A stretch of 64,000 bases of DNA from Zancudomyces culisetae HAW-14-8 (Eukaryota > Fungi > Kickxellomycota). Below the pieces are notes generated by a model. That model ran no database searches. It was not told the DNA's origin and worked only from the letters and a program-made list of their open reading frames with translations. The stretch lies in contig JBNJNM010000009.1 of assembly GCA_052426225.1 (NCBI GenBank), forward strand, positions 806,001 to 870,000. The letters run 5' to 3'. Shown here piece by piece: positions 46,030 to 59,083 of the stretch. A program made the position numbers and the translations under genes. Numbering within the stretch: the stretch's first letter is position 1; each line of letters begins with the position of its first letter.

Positions 46030-47004
46030 TGGTGTTGTTTTTTTTTTGTCTTGAGCGTTTTGAGTTTGAATTAACAAGAATATTATTTATCGGCATAAAT
46101 AGGACAGTTTAGGTAGCTGTTATCATCTCACGCCTCTGCATAACGCATGCTATTTCCTTTACTATTCCACACTTATCTTTATTTTTATTAATAGGCACCT
46201 GTAGTTTATATTTTAGGAATACTATTCATATCAAAAATTCTCAAAATGAAAATGATAAAAAAAAACTTTGCTATGGTTTACTTGAGTTTCGCCACTTTAG
46301 CTTTTTCTAAAAGCAAGTCGGCAAGGGGTGAACAAAGAGGTATGAGTGGGATCATTTATTTGACCAAAATGTGATACCTGAACATGTTTAATAGGCTTTG
46401 GTAAATAAAGGTCCAATATCGGGATTTGTGTGCTGTCTCCCTCTTTTTTTAACTTCAAATCTATGGAATTACGCTGATCTTGTGTTGATTTGGTAGGGCT
46501 GGTTGTTTCTCACGCCCCTCTTGTCGGGGATCTATCTATAAACGATTAAGTCTGAACATCTCCCTAATCCGTGCTTAGCTTATCAATTGCAAGACTTGGC
46601 TGATATTGGGCCAAAGCAAATTGGAATGCTCTAAATGGAAGTAGAGCGTAGATATTATCCAATGGTCGACATGTGTTTAACCCTGGGAATTTATTTGTTA
46701 CAGGTTTTAATGTTCGGAAACTGATTCATGTTTCAGGAGCATAATAAAGGGCGAGAAAAAAAAATGAAACCGAAAAAAATAGTGGGAGATGATGTAAGCC
46801 TGGTCTGTTGCATAAATAGACGGAATACGAAATGTAAAATTCAAGCACCAAGCCATTTTGCATTATTTTTTTTTGCGAAAATTTGAACCACCGTTTTCTT
46901 ATATAATATCAAAGGCCAGCAGGATTACCTTTATTTTATTTTTTTTTAGAGAAATATAAAGGAAATTTGGAATAACAGACACATAAAGTAACCAAACAAG
47001 CAAA

Positions 47005-48291
47005 ATGTTAGTAAACGTACCTCAAGACAGTGACTTTTCTATCCACAATCTGCCATATGGCATATTTTCAGACAGCGTAAACACAAGTAAAAGGGTTGGT
47101 GTGGCTATTGGCGACCAAGTAGTCGATATGTCCCTGCTAGCCAAATCTGGTCTATTTTCAGAGATTCAAGGGTTTGGGGGTCAAGCAGTTGAGTGTTTTG
47201 GCAAGGATTGTTTGAACGAGTTTATGGGATGCGACAGACGAGTATGGGTGGCTGTAAGAAAGGAACTGACAGACTTCTTGCAAAACGAGAATAATAGAGT
47301 GAGAAAGGCACTTAAGAACGGAGGATCCGAGGTGTTGGTGCCACAAAGCAATGTCACTATGCATTTGCCGGCCAAAATCGGAGACTACACAGATTTCTAT
47401 GCTTCCAAAGAACATGCAACCAATGTCGGGGTAATGTTTAGAGGAAAAGAAAATGCTTTGAATCCAAACTGGACTATGCTACCTGTTGGGTACCACGGAA
47501 GAGCCAGCAGTGTGGTAGTTTCGGGAACGCCAATCAAGAGACCATGTGGGCAAAGAGTGGTTAGCAAGGGAGGACCACCAGTATATGGACAATGCATGAA
47601 ACAAGACTTTGAACTCGAGGCAGCATTTTTTTATGGTGGTAAAGAAAACAAGCTAGGCGAAGCAATTTCTATGGAAAATGCAAGAGACCACATCTTTGGA
47701 ATGGTTCTGATGAACGATTGGAGTGCACGTGATATACAGGCATACGAGTACGTGCCATTGGGGCCATTTTTGGGTAAAAACTTTGGAACAACTGTTTCGC
47801 CATGGGTAGTGACTCTGGATGCACTTGAGCCATTTTTGACCCAGCTTCCTGAGCAAGATCCAAAGCCCATGCAATACCTAGCCGATGGGGCATTCGGAGG
47901 AAGAGGCGAAACCTATGATATCAATTTGATGGTCGGCCTAAAATCCAAATCGGCTTCTTCGTACACTACTGTATCCCGTTCCAACCTGAAATATATGTAT
48001 TGGTCAATCAAGCAGCAGCTAGTTCACCATACGATCAACGGTTGCAACATGCGACCGGGTGATTTGTGCGGTACAGGAACGATTAGTGGGCCCAATGACA
48101 ACAGTTTGGGATCAATGCTTGAGCTGAGCTGGAATGGAACCAGAAATGTTGATATTGGAAATGGCGAAACTAGGATCTTTTTGGAAGATTATGACTCTGT
48201 TCGATTGTCCGGATACTGCCAAGGTGATGGATATCGTGTTGGTTTTGGCGAGTGTGTGGGGCAGATTATTCCTGCTACCCCGATGTTTTAA
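47005..48291 (+). CDS. FAH: Fumarylacetoacetase
   Basis: [92 protein letters not shown]. Confidence 0.97.
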   Translation: MLVNVPQDSDFSIHNLPYGIFSDSVNTSKRVGVAIGDQVVDMSLLAKSGLFSEIQGFGGQAVECFGKDCLNEFMGCDRRVWVAVRKELTDFLQNENNRVRKALKNGGSEVLVPQSNVTMHLPAKIGDYTDFYASKEHATNVGVMFRGKENALNPNWTMLPVGYHGRASSVVVSGTPIKRPCGQRVVSKGGPPVYGQCMKQDFELEAAFFYGGKENKLGEAISMENARDHIFGMVLMNDWSARDIQAYEYVPLGPFLGKNFGTTVSPWVVTLDALEPFLTQLPEQDPKPMQYLADGAFGGRGETYDINLMVGLKSKSASSYTTVSRSNLKYMYWSIKQQLVHHTINGCNMRPGDLCGTGTISGPNDNSLGSMLELSWNGTRNVDIGNGETRIFLEDYDSVRLSGYCQGDGYRVGFGECVGQIIPATPMF

Positions 48292-48597
48292 TTTATAGCT
48301 TGGTGGCATCTTTACAATTCCTCTTTATTCCTTTGTTTCTTTTTTGCATTGTTTTATTATTATCTTTTTGGATGGCGAGAACAAAAATCGAGTAACTTTA
48401 GATCCATCAATTGTTTAAGTGAATAAAAAAAAGTTTTAATACTTTTTATGATTTGTAATTATTTCTTGAATTTTATATAATTACAGGCTCTTGAATGAGG
48501 ATTTAGTGCAAAAAAAAAAGAGAAAATATTTGAGCCGTTTAATTTAGCCCAGAAACCATACACAACTTTATAAATAAAACCAAATCTACCAAGCAGA

Positions 48598-50639
48598 ATG
48601 GCTATGTTGGTAGTAGGGAGCGAGGTAGTAATGCGCGCTAGCAACAGTGTGGAAGCAGCATGTATATTTTTGAAACAAATAATCGAGGAAAATTCGGTTG
48701 CCAATTCAGGGTCGGTTACTGAATCCAGCTTTGATTTTGAAAGTTGGGTTGGTGAAGCGAAAGTCATTAATAACAGTTTGGTCAGGGTAGGAGAGAATAG
48801 GTAAGTATAAATCTTTTTTTTTTGTACGGAGAATGCGTGTGGGTAGGGGAGAATGAATCACGACTTTGACCATCAAACTTAAAGCTATGTAAAAAGGTGA
48901 AGTCTGTATATCAATTTGTTGTGTAACAAAAGGGGTTTTTTATAATAATAAAAAAACAAACAAACAAACAAACAAATAGGAAACACTTTGAGGAAAAGGA
49001 AGAATTTTGGAAACAGCTACCTAGGGCATTAGAAATTACTTGTGTAATATTAGAAAATCCACAATACTGTAGCCGGGTTGAAGCTGGGAAACCTGGAAAA
49101 GTGTTGGAAATTATTCGACTGTTTGGGGTTTTTGTAAAGAATTGTGTGGCAAGAAGCGTAAAAAACCAAGTGAACTCATGGTAAGGTTTTGGTATTTAAA
49201 CCCACTACACGGTTAGTTCTGTAGAGAGTATATGGGGACTTTTTGTTACTTTTTCTTACTTTTTGATATTTAAATAGCTTTATTTATATAATAGGGAAGT
49301 TGGTACTGCAGCTAGACTTTGTAAACTTGTGGAGCTACTTCAGAAAATTTTAGACACCACTGAAGAAAAGCATGCCGATATTGACTGTGTATCTTGGGAT
49401 AAGGAACATATCATAAAAGTAGTAAAGACTTTGCTTGAAGCAATAAGCAACTCATTAACAAGTGTTTCACAGGATGATTCGAACACGATACCAACAGAGA
49501 TACACAACCGAAAACAACGCTTGGTTTGTGAGTTTTATGAGTTTATCTTCAATTCGCATAAAGTAAAGGAACCAGGCGTAACTCATGACATATTTGACTG
49601 TTGGATTTTACGGCAGATACAAAGAAGAGAGAGTAGCTGTGTTTACGTGGTGTGTATGATATTGTATAATAGTTATTACGTGGACCAGAGACATGTTTTA
49701 AAATATAACCATGATGGCGAGATTCAACTGTTTGAACATATTTGCAAAGTTGTGGTGGGCAACCCACAATGGAACTGTATTGATGAGGTAACGGTTGAGT
49801 TGATGGGTGCGATTGTGTGGACGGTTTTAAAAAATGAAGAATTTACGAGCCAAATCATAGGATATTACTATGATATGTTGGTTCGGTTTTCTACAGAGTG
49901 GGAGGATGTTGGTGAGAACAATTCTGGAACCTCAGCGAATGAACAGTCGCAAATGCCAGTAAGCAGCATTCTAAGCAGAATCGATCCGATTTTACAGGTA
50001 TTGGAGGCCCAGATTAAGGACGAGGACCGCAATAAAATCCCAACAGGCCGGTACACACGATTGATCCAACTCGTTTCCATTACTTTGAAAACAATCAACA
50101 AATGTGGAAACTTGAAAACAATACTAGGAGTGAAAAGCCAAGACGAAGCTAGCGAAGAATCGGATGTGGAACTTGTATCGAGAGTGACAAATACTGTTCT
50201 TAGTATAGCTGTACAGTTGTCACTGCGTGAAGTGCAGTTGCAAAATGGCAAACCTGATACTTGTGAAAATGCGGTTGTGGTCAGTGCCGAAATGATTCAT
50301 AACCTAATTGACTTGTTGAGGATTTTAGATGAAAACCTGACGAGGACCGACAAACTCAAAAACGCAAACAAGTCAGCATGCAGAGATTCGCACCAGAACA
50401 AGTTCCGAGTAAAACATATGATAGTCCAGGTGATAGGAAACCTGGCCAAGGATAACAAACAGGTGCAGGACATCATCCGCACACACAACCAAGGGCTAAT
50501 TTTGGTGCTGAACCAAGCATATATAGATGATAATGAGCCGTTTATTAGAGAATATACAATAGTTGCAGTCCGGTTGATAATGGAAGGAAACCAAGAAAAC
50601 CAAAAGATAATCAGAGAAATGAAACAAATTCCTCAATAA
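48598..50639 (+). CDS. ATXN10: Ataxin-10 homologue (ARM repeats), 3 exons
   Basis: Exons 48598-48800, 48980-49180 and 49295-50639 join in frame. C-terminal KHMIVQVIGNL...VQDIIR...G..LVLN...IDDNEPFIREYTIVAVR.IMEGN.ENQ matches the ataxin-10 associated domain. Confidence 0.85.
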
Positions 50640-50718
50640 ATCTAAAAAAAAATTAAAAAAACAAATCTTTATATAAATCAATTTTCTACTTTTTTTTTTG
50701 TGCAGAAATAAAAAGTAA

Positions 50719-51819
50719 TTAAAGAGATGTCTGACGACGCTTTCGGACAGCATCAGCTAGCATTTCAAACATTGGCAAAGTTTGTTCCCATGAAACACAG
50801 GCGTCAGTGACTGAAACACCATACTTCAAACCCTCAACAACACCATCGGCGTCTGGTGCAGGAATGGACTGGCGACCTTCGTTGATATTTGACTCAATCA
50901 TAACACCAATGATGGATGAACAGCCACCGGCAATTTGCTGGGCAACGTCTTGGCAGACAAGTGGTTGGTTTGTGTGGATCTTGAGGGAATTTCCGTGGCT
51001 GAAATCTACCATAATGTTTGCTGCACCAAAGTGTGAAGTCATCTGTTTGGCATATCCAGCAATATGCTCGGCCGAATAGTTGGGTTCCCCACCACCACCA
51101 CGCAAAATCAAGTGGCAGTGCTTGTTGCCCTTGGTGCGTGTAATCGCTGCCAATCCTTGCTTGGTGATCCCCAAAAACACGTGTGGATGGTTTGCAGCCT
51201 CAATCGCCTCCATTGCAATTGCTGCATTTCCATTTGTTCCATTCTTAAACCCAACTGGGAACGACACTCCGCTAACAAGCTCGCGGTGTAGCTGTGACTC
51301 GGTAGTGCGTGCTCCAATAGCGCCCCACGAGATCAGATCACCTAGGAACTGTGGTGAAATGGTGTCGAGCAATTCCGAACCGACTGGAACACCCATCTCG
51401 GTAATATCCAGCAGCAGCTTGCGTGCAATCCTCAGTCCCTTGTTGATGTTGTATCCCTCATTTAGATCTGGATCGTTTATCAGTCCTTTCCATCCAACTG
51501 TTGTTCGTGGCTTCTCAAAGTACACCCGCATTACGATTTCGAGTTCATCCTTGTACTTTTCGGCCTGCTCCTTCAACAGCTTGGCATACTCTACTGCTGC
51601 TGCTGGGTCGTGGATCGAACAGGGTCCTACTATCACCAACACTCTGTCGTCCTGCTTGTTCAATATCTGCTCAATTTCTTTGCGCGAATCTGTCACTGCC
51701 TTTGCTGAACCGGCACTCATTGGATAGTCCATTTGCAAGATCTGTGGTGGAATCAATGGCTCGTATCCCTCAATCAACACATCGTCGACTGAATTGTCTG
51801 TTCCTCTTGGTCGCTGCAT
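50719..51819 (-). CDS. ARO4: DAHP synthase class I-alpha, probably tyrosine-sensitive type
   Basis: VGPCSIHDP, MRVYFEKPRTTVGWKGLINDP, GAIGARTTESQLHREL, GFKNGT, ILRGG, DFSHGNS, YGVSVTDAC. HVFLGITK has Gly where yeast Aro4 has Gly and Aro3 has Ser. ATG at 51819 preferred over the track's TTG start. Confidence 0.93.
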   Translation of the reverse strand: MQRPRGTDNSVDDVLIEGYEPLIPPQILQMDYPMSAGSAKAVTDSRKEIEQILNKQDDRVLVIVGPCSIHDPAAAVEYAKLLKEQAEKYKDELEIVMRVYFEKPRTTVGWKGLINDPDLNEGYNINKGLRIARKLLLDITEMGVPVGSELLDTISPQFLGDLISWGAIGARTTESQLHRELVSGVSFPVGFKNGTNGNAAIAMEAIEAANHPHVFLGITKQGLAAITRTKGNKHCHLILRGGGGEPNYSAEHIAGYAKQMTSHFGAANIMVDFSHGNSLKIHTNQPLVCQDVAQQIAGGCSSIIGVMIESNINEGRQSIPAPDADGVVEGLKYGVSVTDACVSWEQTLPMFEMLADAVRKRRQTSL

Positions 51820-52451
51820 TGTTCCTATATCCTTTCCTGCGTCTTTTGATTTGCTTACACAAATTTCTTTATAATTCAAAGTTTTGAAGGAAAATTTTTT
51901 TTATTTTATATACTTTTATCTGGCCTTCATATTATTTTATATGAAAAATCCAGCAAAACGAAATCGATTTTGCACCACTAAGGTTCTAATCTTTGCTCGA
52001 TTTTTTTGTTGTTGTTGTTGTTGATGTAAATCACAAAAATAGATTGTGATAATGAATATCGAATAGAGCCATCCACTGAATTTGGAGGACAAAAATCTGT
52101 GGTGGAATTTTTTTTAATGATCTATTTAGTGCATTGATTTGTCATTAGTTTTCTACAAAGCTATGATCCCATACATATTCAGCGCTCATTGGATCAGGCG
52201 AGCAATAGGTTTGGCTTATGAAAATAAATGCCGAGCATTTGGGAATTTGAATATTCTCAGTAATAGAATTGCCACCACATACCCAAAAACTCTTCACGCG
52301 CAGACTCCCAACACCATCAGTACAACAATTTTTTAAAATATTTTTTGCTCGCTTTTACCTTTGACGTGCCCACCAACCGAACTTTTTTCCTCCAGCACTG
52401 ATACAGTAACTGTAGCACTATGGAGATCATCATTATCCAAAAAGACCCTGT

Positions 52452-53560
52452 TCACTCCGGCCATATTTCTGTAGCTGTTGGACAGTTATTGACATCAAAG
52501 ATCGTAGTTTTTGGATGTTGAAGGTACACTGGTGTAATCACTTCCTGTACTTTCTTTTGCGTTTGCGTTTGCGTTTCTTTTTGCTTCTTTTTTCTGTTTA
52601 TACTCTTCTTACTACGAGCACCCATACCTTGTTTTGAATTTGTCTTTGGTTTCTGGCTGCTCGTAATGTTCTCGGAAAAACTCACTCTTTTTCTCTTAGC
52701 TCCCATCACCAAACTATTTTCGCTTTTGGAATCAATCGTAATATCGCCATGAAATAACATATTGGTATTAGAACCAGTACACCTAACCGGTGCTGGCGGA
52801 AGCAAAGGAAATCGTATCAGTGGCTGTTGAGAGTGCATTGTGTTTCTCAAGATTCCGGTTTGAAACTTGGTACCAACAGTGTACATATTTGTTTTCATTG
52901 CACTTTTTGCAAAAAAGACACCATGTGTGTTGCTGCAGTCATTTGTGTATATTGTACAACAACCGTCTGTACAGTTGCCGCTTTTTTTTTCCCCTTCAAT
53001 TACACTTGTTTTATAGTTCGAATCGATTCTTTGCATTAAACCCATTCTGTTCATAAATATATAATTTCCATTTGTTGGGCCCAATCCTACTCGTACAGTA
53101 TGCCTATTTGTATCTTCATAAACCCCACCTCTACTACAATCACCCCCATTTTGACATTGGTTTATAACATAATAATCGCCAATTGGCTGCATTCGAATCA
53201 TATTCGCACTTCCAATATCTCCTATCTCGGCTGGAGTTCGGTAATACGAGCTTCCAACATCACCTCTTTGCATATTTCGGAGCTCTTGTAATCCAAACGG
53301 AACTGTGCAACCACACCCAGTCCCATAATGATCTTCTTGTGTCTTACTTTTTTTGGTTGGTATTTCAGGATACGCTATATTATTGAACTATGTTTGTAGG
53401 TGTCTTCCCGTGCAGTGCTTTCTAAAAGAAAAAATAATACCAGAGGACGTATAAATTTTAACCTACTGTTATTTCTGTTTTCTACAAAGTTCTGCACTTG
53501 TGTGCCAAATCTAGTTGCATCGTCACTGTTATCCACTGTCGGTATATTGAAATTCTCCAT
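52452..53560 (-). CDS. Hypothetical protein, probably 2 exons, with basic NLS-like C-terminus
   Basis: The 52452-53273 frame stays open upstream to a CATAG acceptor near 53388; ORF 53375-53560 may supply exon 1 (donor unresolved). KRKR and RKKKQK motifs. Confidence 0.5.
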
Positions 53561-54597
53561 TATTGTTGCTACTTGTCTATTCTATATACACCAATCGTCA
53601 ATATATCCATTACAACTCAATCCACTGTTCCTATTATTGGTGTTTTCATATTTTATGTATTCACATACCTACTCTTTTAGTGCCATAAATACGAGATTCT
53701 TAGGTTTTTTCTCAAGAAAAAATAATTATACGCAGATATACAAAGTGGCACAACACAGAATAAACACCTGTACTTAAATACCCCTTCTTTATTTTTTTAA
53801 AAGAACATCTTGTTCCGAGCTATACTCCATATTTTCATTTTTAATAATATATGCTAGATGGTTTCATAATATGCTGTTTGGTTAGATACTAGTAGATATC
53901 TAAGAATTCGGAACAATCTGCTAATTCAATAATCAAAACTTTTCCGTACTTTCAATATTTGTGTGTTTGCATGCATTTAATTTTTATTTTTTTTGAAAAC
54001 GTATATATGAACAACAAAAAAAATAAGCAATGATTATTTTTTGGCTGTTTTATCTGTTTCGTTAACTAAGAATAAATAACATGATAATACAAACAACCTG
54101 TACCACAATGCCAAACATTTGTCACAGAGCCCCATTAGTTCAGCTGCTTTATTTTCTAGGAGCTCTGGATGTCCCATTAACATCATTACCTAACCATGTA
54201 CTTTGTAAATACACTTGAGCAGTTTCCCAATATTTGGCGTTCAATCATTTTTTTAATTGTAATAATTGCGAATTTTCTTTTCGGCTCATCTTGTTTTTGT
54301 TTTTTGCATTATATCAGCCTGCAACACTAAATTCAGCTAACGTCACAATTGTGCTTCCATTTTATGTCATCTCTGCATTTGAACACCCATCCTTTGGTTT
54401 CTGATTATTCATAATCTCAGTTTGGTTCTTGTCTTTGTCTACGTATTATTGCGCATTTTATTAAAATATTGAGCTTTTCATTGAAATCTGCGTAAATAAT
54501 CAAAGAAATAAATATATTTTTTTTAAAAGTTTAAATGAAACTCATTTATCGATTTTTCTCGAAACATACGAAAATAAAAATCAACTAAATCATGATG

Positions 54598-55848
54598 TCA
54601 CCAATCATAAATACCGCTGAACCCTGGAGGAAAGAAACCCTTACTTCTCGTGCCAATAGATTGCTTTCTCTGCAAATGAAATAATAAATCTGTATCCATC
54701 CCTCTAGTGAGTATATCAAGCCTTTGGTCTAATGAACTCTGTGGAAAATACCACTTTCTATGTTCCCCTGCGAATACGGAATCCATGATACTGAAACCAT
54801 CATACTTATCCTGATAAACCTTACTGTTTAGTATCTGAGTGCGACAATTTAATTGTGTATCTCTAGCGTTAATATCCATATTCCAGCACTTTGACGCTAA
54901 TCCTTCACCTCTCGCATCACTTCTTTCCATGGATTTTTTTGAATATATGGTTGGAATCGGTGTAGATGTTTCATAAAAGTTATTTCTTGATTCAGGTGAA
55001 TCTTCAGTACTTTTTGATTTTATAGCTGGGTTTTGAGATTCCGTTTCACATTCTTTCTCGATTTTTTCAGAGCTTTTCAAAGTCTTGATGCTTACCACTG
55101 TCTTGTCCCTCCACACTCCCTTATCATATCTCTTCCCTTTTGATTTGAAATTTTTTACCTTTGGCTTTTCCTTTCCATTTTCCTTCTCTTTAACTCTTTC
55201 TTTCTCTTTCTCAAAACGGTCGCCCTTGTTGTTTTCATTATCAGTATAACAAGTTTTATTATTGTTCTGAAAAGAATCAGTATTCTTTATTCTAGACTTT
55301 GAAGTATCTTTAGAATCTTTTAAAATCATATTTTCGTTATTGCCATAGCTAGGATGTAGAAAATTACATCTGTCATTATATCTACAGCTTCCGTATTTTA
55401 TCCACTTTTGACATACAACTGTCCTAAACAATGGATGCCTTGCACGAAAAACCAGCTCTCTGTTTCCATGTGCAAAGTCACAGTCATCTCCATACTCACA
55501 AAGTCCATATTTTTTAAAATTTGTACACAATTCAGTTTTTCTCAATGTAACCCTATCCGTTGCTGCTTGATTCATACTATTCTTTTTCTTTCCTTTGTTT
55601 TTATTTATAACTTTTACACCGCTGTTATCTCTATTATTATTGCTGTTCACATTACCCTTTAAGTCCACTCTACTACTAACACTGTTTAAATAACCATTAG
55701 GTTTGTTACATTCTGGCTCATTAAACACATCACTAGGCATTTTGAACTCTTTTGAGTTGTCCCGTTGTTTGTAATGACTTTTCCAGACCCTATTGTTTGA
55801 TTTTTCTCCAAAAATCTTTATAAATGATGATTTATGTTCTTTTTCCAT
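54598..55848 (-). CDS. Tandem CCCH zinc-finger (TIS11/ZFP36/Zfs1-like) mRNA-binding protein
   Basis: RKTELC-x8-C-x5-C-x3-H followed by FRTVVC-x8-C-x5-C-x3-H with canonical spacing. Confidence 0.88.
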   Translation of the reverse strand: MEKEHKSSFIKIFGEKSNNRVWKSHYKQRDNSKEFKMPSDVFNEPECNKPNGYLNSVSSRVDLKGNVNSNNNRDNSGVKVINKNKGKKKNSMNQAATDRVTLRKTELCTNFKKYGLCEYGDDCDFAHGNRELVFRARHPLFRTVVCQKWIKYGSCRYNDRCNFLHPSYGNNENMILKDSKDTSKSRIKNTDSFQNNNKTCYTDNENNKGDRFEKEKERVKEKENGKEKPKVKNFKSKGKRYDKGVWRDKTVVSIKTLKSSEKIEKECETESQNPAIKSKSTEDSPESRNNFYETSTPIPTIYSKKSMERSDARGEGLASKCWNMDINARDTQLNCRTQILNSKVYQDKYDGFSIMDSVFAGEHRKWYFPQSSLDQRLDILTRGMDTDLLFHLQRKQSIGTRSKGFFPPGFSGIYDW

Positions 55849-58566
55849 GTTATTTAAACCGTTTAATTATTCTTAGTGTTGTATTTTTAATGTTTGTTTG
55901 ATGATATGAATATAAAATGACACTTTTGATTTGGCTGTTAATAAACGATTAAATTATTTAAAATCTCATACAGAAACCAAAAATATATATCCAAAATTTA
56001 CTTTATGGCTACGATACCCCTCATATGCCGGATAATGGTCATAAAACAATTCACTGTTTAAAATTTATAAGTTAGGAGATAAATGATATGAAAGTAGCTA
56101 TAAATAATATATCTAACTGAAATTATTATTTCCTTAGGGCTAGTTCCAATTTATTTATAAGACAAGCTCCCTTCGCTTTACATATATTGGTATTTTGAAT
56201 ATTTGCATTCAACTATTATTCTGTCATTTGCAATATAATTTCCTTTTATTCAAGCTTATCATTTAGCAATACCAGAAATAATACAAATCTCACTGATTCT
56301 AAACGCATATGACTTGATTTCCAAGTCTAGATAAATAAAAAAATAAATGTCAATTGAGATTCTTTGCAATAATACTTGTTTGTGACACTTACCAGAAAGA
56401 TGGTTTGCAATTTTTTATTGAGCTATAATTTGACAATTTCGTGAAGAAAATCTAATTTAGTCAACCAACACAACTCAATTTAAATAGATGTCAAAAATAC
56501 CATGCCAAATTTATAATTCATGTCAATTCTATCAACCTCCTGATAATAATAAAAAATAGCGCATTTGAGTTTGAAAAGCTCGATCATTTAATATCATGAT
56601 AATTCAACAAAATCGCCCTGCAGCCAAAGTAATTATGTCAAATCTTGCTATTGAATATTTTAAATGTTAAATATGTAGTTGACATTGATAGATAACCGCA
56701 TTAGAGTAAATCAAGTAAACTACATACTTGAATTTCTTTATGGACTTGATAGAAATACTGATTTTATACCTTTATAATCAAAATCATATCGAATAGAAAT
56801 ATTTTCTTGAAAGACAAGCTGACAAATAAAGAATTTGACAAAATGTTCAAACTGTTTTATTAATAACAGAGAATATATCTCGACGACTTTATACTCAGTA
56901 CTGAAAAAATATTTAATAAATCAAAAAACTGTAACAAAATTACAGCATTTTGAAAACGCATAAAAGAGCTAAAGACAGTTAATAAACTAATTATAAGAAT
57001 CTACTGTCAAAAAAGGAGGTATGAATACAAACCAGAGAAGAATCAATGATATTGAGTTAAATCATATAAATGTATATATTTATAATTATAAAAATTCTAA
57101 AAATATTAGAAAAATCAATTGTATAATTGAACTGTAATTAACCCAAAATATTTTGTAGTTGAAGTACTTTTAAGTTCAAAATGCTACAATAAAATTGAAG
57201 AATAATTAATTAAGCTGTAATAAATGTATATGATATTAATAGCTATTCAAGATTATAATATGTAAGTGAATGACTTTAAATCATTATGAAAATACAAGTA
57301 TTAAAGCTAGTTAATAATCAAGTTTCAGATATTTTAATAAAATTTTGATATATGGAATCAAAAAATAGAATATAATTCTTAAATAGAACATCAAGCATAT
57401 TAGATTGAGTATTGCTTTCTTTGAATAAAATCTAGTTATAAAATATTAAAAAATTAGGTCAGATTAATAGATTAGAATTAATACACTATAGGCATTAACA
57501 CCTAGAATGTATTAAAAAATGTATAATAGTTTAGGTTAAGATTAACATTGAGAAATGTATATAATTATAGTATCAATAAATGTGTAAAAATAAAAAATCT
57601 ATTAAATCGACAATATCTGTTAAAAAAAAATAGAGATAGTTGACTTTCAAAATACAAAGCCAAAGTAATGAATACTATAAAAAACAATTTTAACAACTTG
57701 TATAGCAAAATATCCTATAATAGAAAATGATCAATAGCTGTAAATATAAACGTGAATGATCTAAAAATAACTCCAAAGTAAGATAAGTTACAAATTAGAT
57801 TAAACCAAATCTACCACTTATACTCAGGTACGCGCCTCGCTAGAGAAGATATGATAATTATGTATTTTATCAATAAGTAAATATTGATATAAAAAGTATT
57901 GTAAAGTAATCGGAACCAATAGCTTTTAGATCACGGTTTAGTTAATGTAAATTAATGAACTTGGTACATAAAGTTAAGTTTAAATTGACATAATATCAAT
58001 TAGTATATTAAATATTAATTCTGATAATTTTACAGATATAGAAATTCCGAAATACTAATTGAAGTAATAGTTATCTGATAATCCTTAGCTAATGAGATGG
58101 CTATGTTTGGTATAGCACGATTATCTCAGTATACTCAGGTCTCGGATCACTACACTAGATCTTATTGCCGTTAAGTAATGTTAATAAATACTTTTATATT
58201 GTTAATGAATAATAAACACAAAGTATATGTAGTTCACTATGAAGATTAAGATATGGTATGTAAAGTATTATTTGATAAGAAAGGCTAAAGATGTTCTGTT
58301 TCGTTTTTCCGCTCTCGTTAAAATCGCTTTACTATTCACTTTACTGTCATAGATCGATTTTACTATTGATCGTGTTTGCTCTCATTGGTGATATTCTTCC
58401 GATCAGGAATCGCGATTGATTAGATGGCAAGTATGTAGCCGTTATACTAGTCTAGCACAAATATGAAGCCATTATACTACAGTAGCCGAAAATTTCAATT
58501 ATAAAATAAAATACTAACTGTGAAAAACAAATTACTTATAATAGTTTATATATTAATAATTAAACT

Positions 58567-58571
58567 AAAAA
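58567..58571 (-). terminator. RNA polymerase III terminator (T5) of tRNA-Pro
   Basis: TTTTT on the minus strand, 4 nt after the tRNA discriminator base. Confidence 0.75.
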
Positions 58572-58575
58572 GACA

Positions 58576-58647
58576 GGGCTTGACCGGGGATTGAACCCGG
58601 GGCCTCTCGCACCCAAAGCGAGAATCATACCACTAGACCATCAAGCC
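58576..58647 (-). tRNA. tRNA-Pro (anticodon TGG), intronless
   Basis: GGCTTGATGGTCTAGTGGTATGATTCTCGCTTTGGGTGCGAGAGGCCCCGGGTTCAATCCCCGGTCAAGCCC. Acceptor stem GGCTTGA/TCAAGCC, anticodon arm CTCGC-TTTGGGT-GCGAG, A box TGGTCTAGTGG, B box GGTTCAATCC. Confidence 0.97.
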
Positions 58648-58655
58648 GTTGTCGT

Positions 58656-59078
58656 TGTCGTATGAATATATAGATGATAATGTATAGTAGGTTAATCTAC
58701 TGTAAATCTCTATTATTCATACTGATTGTCTGATTGTTGCAGATGCTTGCACATCTGTTTTCACCATTGTGGTTTTCCTTTGTGCAGCAACAATCAGACA
58801 ATGGTTTACTTTATTACTATTAGGATTTTATAATACTTTATATAACAAACTACTTAAATAGCGACGACAAGGTCTAAGGATACCTTGTTCGGGATTTTAT
58901 ACTCTTTCTTCTAGCGTTTTATACCAACGATAACTAAATAAAAGATTCTTAACTACAGTTAACTAGTAATTTAGGAAGGTCCTGGACCAATTTTAAACAT
59001 TAAGTAATAGTGATTACAGCTTCGTCGTACTGTAATACACTCAATATTTTTATACAATATACAATTTTTCATACGACA
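58656..59078 (+). repeat. 5' LTR (423 bp)
   Basis: Starts TGTCGTATGAA and ends TTCATACGACA (11-bp terminal inverted repeat, TG..CA); repeated at 63877. Confidence 0.93.
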
Positions 59079-59083
59079 GAATA

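Noticed and set aside
47005-51819. FAH near DAHP synthase as an aromatic amino acid gene cluster
   Set aside because: Catabolic and biosynthetic genes are separated by ataxin-10, and no other pathway genes (HPD, HGD, MAI) are present; likely chance.
51820-51879. N-terminal extension of DAHP synthase from a TTG start
   Set aside because: Eukaryotic gene; the in-frame ATG at 51819 gives a normal-length enzyme.
56876-56887. YLDD tetrapeptide suggesting a fossil reverse transcriptase
   Set aside because: Flanked by stops and lacking other RT motifs; compatible with chance.
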